From the NCBI GenBank assembly GCA_965248265.1, contig CBDFJF010000002.1, positions 1,664,001 to 1,728,000 on the forward strand: a stretch of DNA of 64,000 nt, written 5' to 3'. The stretch's first letter is position 1. Each line of letters opens with the position of its first letter. This DNA comes from Candidatus Latescibacterota bacterium (GTDB taxonomy: Bacteria; Latescibacterota; UBA2968; UBA8231). The notes under the pieces are model-generated. The model searched no databases. It saw nothing but the letters and a program-made list of their open reading frames with translations, and was not told where the DNA came from. Below, piece after piece: positions 58,839 to 64,000 of this stretch. The position numbers were made by a program, and so were the translations under genes.

Positions 58839-59714
58839 TTATTCGAGGCCGTACAGCTGTACGGCGTTGTCGTGCAGCAGCCGGCGCTGGTCGGTGTCGC
58901 TGCGGGATGAGATAATCGCTCTCAACGCCCCAAACCATGCGGCCAGAGGCGCCCCGAGTGTGCATACCGGCCAATCGGAAGCGGCGATGACGCGCTCCGG
59001 GTCGAACACGTCCAGACAGTGATTGACCGTAGGCGCCAGGTCATCCGCTGACCAGGGATCGGAAACCCTGGCAACGATGCCGCTGATCTTGCAGACGACA
59101 TGCGGCCGCTGTCCCAAGGCTTCCATGTCCTGCATCCATTGTTCCCGGCCATGAGAGTCGCCATCGATCCCGGCGACGATGGCAGGATCGGCATTGCCGC
59201 AGTGGTCAACGATGAAGCGAGTGCCGGGGCAGCGATCGGTAAGCTCGACCCCGTCAGCCAGCTCGTCGGGGCGCATGCAGATGTCGAAGCTCAAGCTGAG
59301 CTCACCCAACAGCTGCACATCCCGGACGAAAGCGTCGTCGAGGCAGGCGCCCTTCTCCGTTTCCGGCGGATGGAGAACGCGACGCACTCCCTTTATGCGG
59401 TCATTGTCTGCAAAACCTCGCACGTACTCCTCGAAGCCCTCACTGCCGGGGTCGCCGGAGACGACGGCGCCCTCCATCGGATTGTCGACGCGGTCGCACA
59501 TGTCAATGACGAACTCGACTTCGCGGCTCCGGTCACGGGGCGCCACGTCCACTTCCATGTACACGGTTTTTGCCACTTCCAATCCGTCGACGGCTGCCAG
59601 ATAGTCGTCCATGGTATGGTTCTTGTTGAGTGGGCTGGCACCCTCTAACCAGGGCAACTCGAATTGCTCAATGTCCCACTGGTGCTGATGGGTGTCGATG
59701 ATGGGTATGGCCAC
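58839..59714 (-). CDS. Amidohydrolase_2 family (L-fuconolactonase-like)
   Basis: IDTHQHQWD, KGVRRVL, SFDIC, DHCG, CKISG, SDWPV. Confidence 0.9.
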   Translation of the reverse strand: MAIPIIDTHQHQWDIEQFELPWLEGASPLNKNHTMDDYLAAVDGLEVAKTVYMEVDVAPRDRSREVEFVIDMCDRVDNPMEGAVVSGDPGSEGFEEYVRGFADNDRIKGVRRVLHPPETEKGACLDDAFVRDVQLLGELSLSFDICMRPDELADGVELTDRCPGTRFIVDHCGNADPAIVAGIDGDSHGREQWMQDMEALGQRPHVVCKISGIVARVSDPWSADDLAPTVNHCLDVFDPERVIAASDWPVCTLGAPLAAWFGALRAIISSRSDTDQRRLLHDNAVQLYGLE

Positions 59715-59953
59715 GCTCAGCGCTCCGGATTACCTGGGTTTTTGAGGGGGTTTTTCCTATCGAAGGCGAGCTAATATGCGGGCGCCGTGCCGGTTCCGCC
59801 AATCCCAGCCGTCCATTGGGCAGCCGGTAGTGAATTGTTTACCATATTTCTACTGGTTGTTTTTAGTGCTCCAATGAGAAAAAGGGCACGGAGAGTAGAC
59901 GCTTCAGCTCGTTGTGGCACACAGTGATGTGGTGAAAAATCAGGTGAGTCCGG

Positions 59954-60433
59954 ATGTGCAGTCGCGATCAACGGGTGCTGGTGTTGTCGTTGACCTTGGC
60001 GCTGTGGGGTGTCTGCAGCTTGGTTGCATGCACCAAGTCAGACTGGTGGGATGATGGGCCGTTGCTGGTGCAGGTAAAGGGCGACGACTACGAATGGCAC
60101 ATCACCTATGCGGGTCCAGACCGGAAACTGAACACCAGCGACGACATCGTAGACATGAAAGATGTTCACGTGCCGGTGGCGACGCCTGTCCGGATCCAGT
60201 TGAGGAGTGAAGACTACGTGTACCTGCTGGCATTGCCTGAGCTCGAGCTGAAGCAGATTGCCGTACCCGACATGGAATTCAGCATCGATTTTCAGTTCGA
60301 TGCGGCCGGAGCCTACGAGCTGGAGGGTAACCAGCTGTGTGGCTTCCGCCATGAGACGCTGATGGGCAAGGTGTTCGTTCAGTCCAGTGATCAGTTCCGC
60401 GCATGGCTGCAGGAGCGGCGCAAGCCTGACTGA
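59954..60433 (+). CDS. Lipoprotein with a cytochrome c oxidase subunit II-like cupredoxin domain, degenerate CuA site
   Basis: Lipobox LVAC; YEWHITY, VPVATPVRIQLRSED, AVPDM, NQLCGFRHETLMG. Confidence 0.75.
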   Translation: MCSRDQRVLVLSLTLALWGVCSLVACTKSDWWDDGPLLVQVKGDDYEWHITYAGPDRKLNTSDDIVDMKDVHVPVATPVRIQLRSEDYVYLLALPELELKQIAVPDMEFSIDFQFDAAGAYELEGNQLCGFRHETLMGKVFVQSSDQFRAWLQERRKPD

Positions 60434-60453
60434 CAGAGATAAACCAACGGAGG

Positions 60454-62397
60454 ATGCGGAATATGAAACGGTCAACTGTCTGTATCGCGTTGACGGCGGG
60501 TGCCATACTGTGTGGCCTGACAGCAGTCAACGGCGAAATCAGAAGGCGCGTGCCTGAGCCGGTTGGAATAGTGGAACCGCCATGGGTGGAGACACGCAGG
60601 GCCGAGCAGCTGGGGACGGCCGAATCCTTCAAGGCCTTCGTCGGCTTCCGTTTTGAGGACCGGTACGAAAACAGTGGGATCGACTGGTCAAACCATACTA
60701 CCGACGACACCGGCAAACGCTATAAGGCGTCGCATTATGATCACGGCAACGGCGTAGCGGTAGCCGATGTGGATGGCGACGGCAAACTCGATCTGTACTA
60801 CACAACCCAGGCCGGCCCCAACAAGCTGCTTCGCAACCTCGGCAAAGGGCGCTACGAGAAGATGCCGGGTTCGGAGAACCTGGAGCTCGGGGAGTACGTC
60901 GGCGTGACGGCTTCCTTCGCCGACATCGACAACGACGGCGATCCCGAGCTCTACACGACGACGACGCGGGGCGGCAACTACCTGTTCGAGAACGACGGCA
61001 AGGGCTGCTTCAGCGACATCACCAGGGGCTCGGGGCTCGAATACAACGGCCATTCATCCAGTGCCGTGATCTTCGACTACGATCGTGACGGATTGCTCGA
61101 TCTGTACCTGTGCAACGTAGGTGTATTTACCATAGAAGAGTTGATCACGGCTTCGACCGACCCAGTGAATCCTGACCAGGGGACTGAGTACCAGTACTGG
61201 GAGGCCAGAAAAGACGCCTTCGCCGGGCATCTAAAGCCCGAGCGTACGGAGCGCAGTATCCTCTACCACAACAATGGCGGCGGGAAGTTTACCGACGTCA
61301 CCGACGAGACCGGACTGATCGACACCAGCTGGTCGGGGGACGCCACTCCCATTGACGCCAATGACGATGGCTGGCCGGATCTCTACATCCTCGACATGCA
61401 GGGACACGACGAGTACTTCGAGAACGTGAACGGTGAGAGATTCGTGCTCAAGAGCAGGGAGGTGTTTCCGAAGACGCCGTGGGGATCGATGGGGGTCAAG
61501 GTTTTCGACTACGACAACGATGGCGCCCTGGATCTCTATGTCAGCGACATGCACTCAGACATGAGCGAAGAGGTTTTACCATGGGACGAAAAGCTGAAGG
61601 CGAACATGCAGTACCCGGAAGAATTCCTGCGCAGCGGCGGCAACAGCATCTTCGGCAACGCCTTCTATCGCAAGCAGGGGTCGGGTCAGTATGAAGAGAT
61701 ATCCGATGCCATTTGGGCTGAGAACTACTGGCCCTGGGGCTTGAGTGTCGGGGACGTCAACGCCGACGGTTACGATGACGTCTTCCTGGCCTCGAGCATG
61801 AACTATCCGCTCCGCCACGGGATCAATTCCCTGTTGATCAACGATGCGGGTGAGACCTTTCTCGACGCAGAATACATTCTGCGTGTCGAGCCGCGCCGCG
61901 ACAATCTGACGGCCATTCCCTGGTTTGTCGTCGACTGCGACGGAGCCGATGCTGACCACATACACTGCGAACAATTCTCCGGGATTGTCGAGGTCTGGTC
62001 ATCGGTCGGCTCGCGCTCGTCTGTTATCTTCGACCACGACGATGATGGTGACCTCGATATCCTCACCAACGAGTTCAACTCCGTTCCGGTCGTGTTGGTG
62101 AGCGACCTGTCCGCGAAGAAGGATATTCGTTTTCTGAAGGTGAAACTCGTCGGTACCGAATCGAATCGCAGTGGCATCGGCGCCGTCGTCGAAGTCGAAG
62201 CAGGCGGGAAGCGATACAAGAAGGTCAACGACGGCCAGTCAGGGTACCTGTCACAGAGTGATTTTCCCCTGTATTTCGGGCTCGGCGAAGCGGGCTCCGT
62301 CGACCGTATCACTGTGCAGTGGCCATCGGGGAATAAGCAGACCGTGCAGGGTCCGATCGACACGAACAAACTTCACGAGATCACTGAAGGAAGCTAG
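60454..62397 (+). CDS. CRTAC1/ASPIC-UnbV family protein with FG-GAP repeats
   Basis: DVDGDGKLDLY-type repeats; SNRSGIGAVV...SGYLSQS...YFGLG...WPSG. Confidence 0.9.
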   Translation: MRNMKRSTVCIALTAGAILCGLTAVNGEIRRRVPEPVGIVEPPWVETRRAEQLGTAESFKAFVGFRFEDRYENSGIDWSNHTTDDTGKRYKASHYDHGNGVAVADVDGDGKLDLYYTTQAGPNKLLRNLGKGRYEKMPGSENLELGEYVGVTASFADIDNDGDPELYTTTTRGGNYLFENDGKGCFSDITRGSGLEYNGHSSSAVIFDYDRDGLLDLYLCNVGVFTIEELITASTDPVNPDQGTEYQYWEARKDAFAGHLKPERTERSILYHNNGGGKFTDVTDETGLIDTSWSGDATPIDANDDGWPDLYILDMQGHDEYFENVNGERFVLKSREVFPKTPWGSMGVKVFDYDNDGALDLYVSDMHSDMSEEVLPWDEKLKANMQYPEEFLRSGGNSIFGNAFYRKQGSGQYEEISDAIWAENYWPWGLSVGDVNADGYDDVFLASSMNYPLRHGINSLLINDAGETFLDAEYILRVEPRRDNLTAIPWFVVDCDGADADHIHCEQFSGIVEVWSSVGSRSSVIFDHDDDGDLDILTNEFNSVPVVLVSDLSAKKDIRFLKVKLVGTESNRSGIGAVVEVEAGGKRYKKVNDGQSGYLSQSDFPLYFGLGEAGSVDRITVQWPSGNKQTVQGPIDTNKLHEITEGS

Positions 62398-62406
62398 TGT
62401 CCCGTC

Positions 62407-63531
62407 TCAGTCGACCCCATCGCGGCGCCAGCGCTCCAACGGGTGTTCGCGCGGCGTGAGTGGCATCTCCACGCGCCGTCCGAGTCGGTGTGATTCCCAG
62501 GTCGCCTGAATCATCTCGAGACAGGCGCGGCCGTCGCGGCCGCTGGCGAACGGCTTCTGTTGGCTTTCGATGGCCTCAATCAGATCACTGAGCATCCGGC
62601 ATTGGAGCAGCAGCCGCACCGAGCCGCGATCCCGAGGCGCCCCATTTTCGTCAAGATCCTCCGCGTCCACGTGCACCCGTCGCCAGGGCTCATCAGGGGG
62701 ATGATGGGACCCTTCGTGGATGAACATGGAGGTGCCGACGCTGCCGCGCAGGGCAATCCGACCTTGTGTGCCGATCAGATCAATCCCGTAATCGTCGTCG
62801 TTCACCCCCTCCTGAGCTAAAAACTCGACCTCACCGTGGATGCCGCTGGCGAACCGAATTTGGGCGAAAGAGCGCTCTCCCAGGACCAGGCCGGCATCAC
62901 GGTCCCTGGGATTCACTTCCTGCGTGTGTTTGACGTCGGAGACGGCTGATTCGCTACCGTCCAGCTGTACCAGGTGGGCGTGGATCCATTCGACATCACC
63001 CCCAAACAGGCGAGTCCAGTCGTAGAGATGGGTACCCATCTCCATGAGGGCGTTGCCTGCCAGACGTCCGCCTTTGTCAGAGGCCCGAAGCCGCACCAAT
63101 TGGCCGATGTCGCCGGCAGCAATGCGCTCCAGCGCATGCTGGTTGTAGGGGCTTCCGCGCTTGATATGATTGATGGCGAAGCGGACGTCGTGATGCGTGC
63201 AGGCATCGACCATCTCGTCAGCCTGCACCAGGTCCAACGCGATCGGCTTCTCGCAGAACACGTGGATGCCGCGTTTGGCGGCAGCCAGCACCGAGGCGTG
63301 ATGCTGGGGTGCCTGGGTGGAGATGATGACGATGTCGGGTTCGGTCTCATCCAGCATGCGCTCGTAGTCATCGTGGACAGGAACACCGAAACGGTCGTTC
63401 CAGGACCGGGCGTTGTCCGGGTTGATCTCGGCTCCGGAGACGAGATCACAGGACTCCTGCACGTTCACGGCTTCGGCATGGTGGTGTCCCATGCCTCCAA
63501 GGCCGATGATGGCGACGCGATAATGGTTCAT
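62407..63531 (-). CDS. Gfo/Idh/MocA family oxidoreductase
   Basis: VAIIGLGGMG, HVFCEKP, MEMGTHLYD. Confidence 0.92.
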   Translation of the reverse strand: MNHYRVAIIGLGGMGHHHAEAVNVQESCDLVSGAEINPDNARSWNDRFGVPVHDDYERMLDETEPDIVIISTQAPQHHASVLAAAKRGIHVFCEKPIALDLVQADEMVDACTHHDVRFAINHIKRGSPYNQHALERIAAGDIGQLVRLRASDKGGRLAGNALMEMGTHLYDWTRLFGGDVEWIHAHLVQLDGSESAVSDVKHTQEVNPRDRDAGLVLGERSFAQIRFASGIHGEVEFLAQEGVNDDDYGIDLIGTQGRIALRGSVGTSMFIHEGSHHPPDEPWRRVHVDAEDLDENGAPRDRGSVRLLLQCRMLSDLIEAIESQQKPFASGRDGRACLEMIQATWESHRLGRRVEMPLTPREHPLERWRRDGVD

Positions 63532-63625
63532 GCGGCGAATTTATCGGACTCGTCAAAGGTGGGCGTCATGGCTATATTTGAGCCCCGTAAAGAAACTCTG
63601 CCACACATTCTTCAAGGAGTTACCC

Positions 63626-63823
63626 GTGTTCACACTAGCGAAACTGCTTCCGATCAGACAACTGTTGGCCGAACAGGTTCCGGCGATCACGGCATCATTC
63701 ATCATCGCCGAAGTGTTCTACAAGTTCCACTCCTTCACACTGGAATGCCTGGCCTTTCTGGCCACCTGGTCGATTCTGGACGGACTCATCAACCTGGTGA
63801 AGGGTCGCTCCAATAACAGCTAG
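63626..63823 (+). CDS. Small membrane protein, hypothetical
   Basis: RBS AAGGAG, GTG63626; two hydrophobic segments flanking IAEVFYKFHSFTLECLAFLATW. Confidence 0.65.
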   Translation: MFTLAKLLPIRQLLAEQVPAITASFIIAEVFYKFHSFTLECLAFLATWSILDGLINLVKGRSNNS

Positions 63824-64000
63824 AACAGATACGATTCAACGACGTCCTCTTTGATTTCCACACCAAGCCCGGGTTCCTCACGGACGGTCAGATAGCCGTT
63901 CTCCTGTACCCACGGGTTGCCGATCATGTCGTGCTGCAGCGGTGATTCGTGGGGTTTGAAGTCCATACCAGCACTGTGTGGAGTGCAAGCCAGCAAGTGC
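63820..64000 (-). CDS. Mandelate racemase/enolase superfamily, 3' end only (5' part outside window)
   Basis: Manual translation HLLACTPH...ENGYLTVREEPGLGVEIKEDVVESYLF*. Confidence 0.75.
   Translation of the reverse strand, partial: HLLACTPHSAGMDFKPHESPLQHDMIGNPWVQENGYLTVREEPGLGVEIKEDVVESYLF

Noticed and set aside
59915-59932. Sigma-54 promoter (TGGCAC) upstream of the cupredoxin gene
   Set aside because: The -12 GC dinucleotide is absent at the required spacing.

Overview
A GC-rich bacterial window of about 50 accessory and metabolic genes. I found no rRNA, tRNA, CRISPR array or IS element. FlgD-Ig/T9SS-like C-termini, a short TAVxxxSWGxxK tail, five PhyH dioxygenases, several enolase-superfamily, aldo/keto-reductase and amidohydrolase genes and two CRTAC1/ASPIC-UnbV genes point to an FCB-group candidate-phylum organism such as Latescibacterota (inference). 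The best candidate for an undescribed system is a tightly coupled six-gene minus-strand operon at 13730-17347: ECF sigma factor, soluble zf-HC2 anti-sigma, two FliN/SpoA proteins, a FliG and a FliM. The FliG carries a FliF-C-like helix but lacks the torque domain, and the FliM lacks the CheY-binding peptide. An ECF-type promoter precedes the operon and no other flagellar genes lie nearby, so it may be a flagellar C-ring repurposed for non-motility signalling. The window also has many gene scars (frameshifts, fused fragments, intergenic remnants), consistent with deletion-driven erosion or assembly artefacts. Other intact units are modABC, a TRAP transporter, an ABC-2 exporter, a hybrid histidine kinase, a K+ channel and a large cadherin-like surface protein. 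All product calls come from motifs read by eye, not from database searches.
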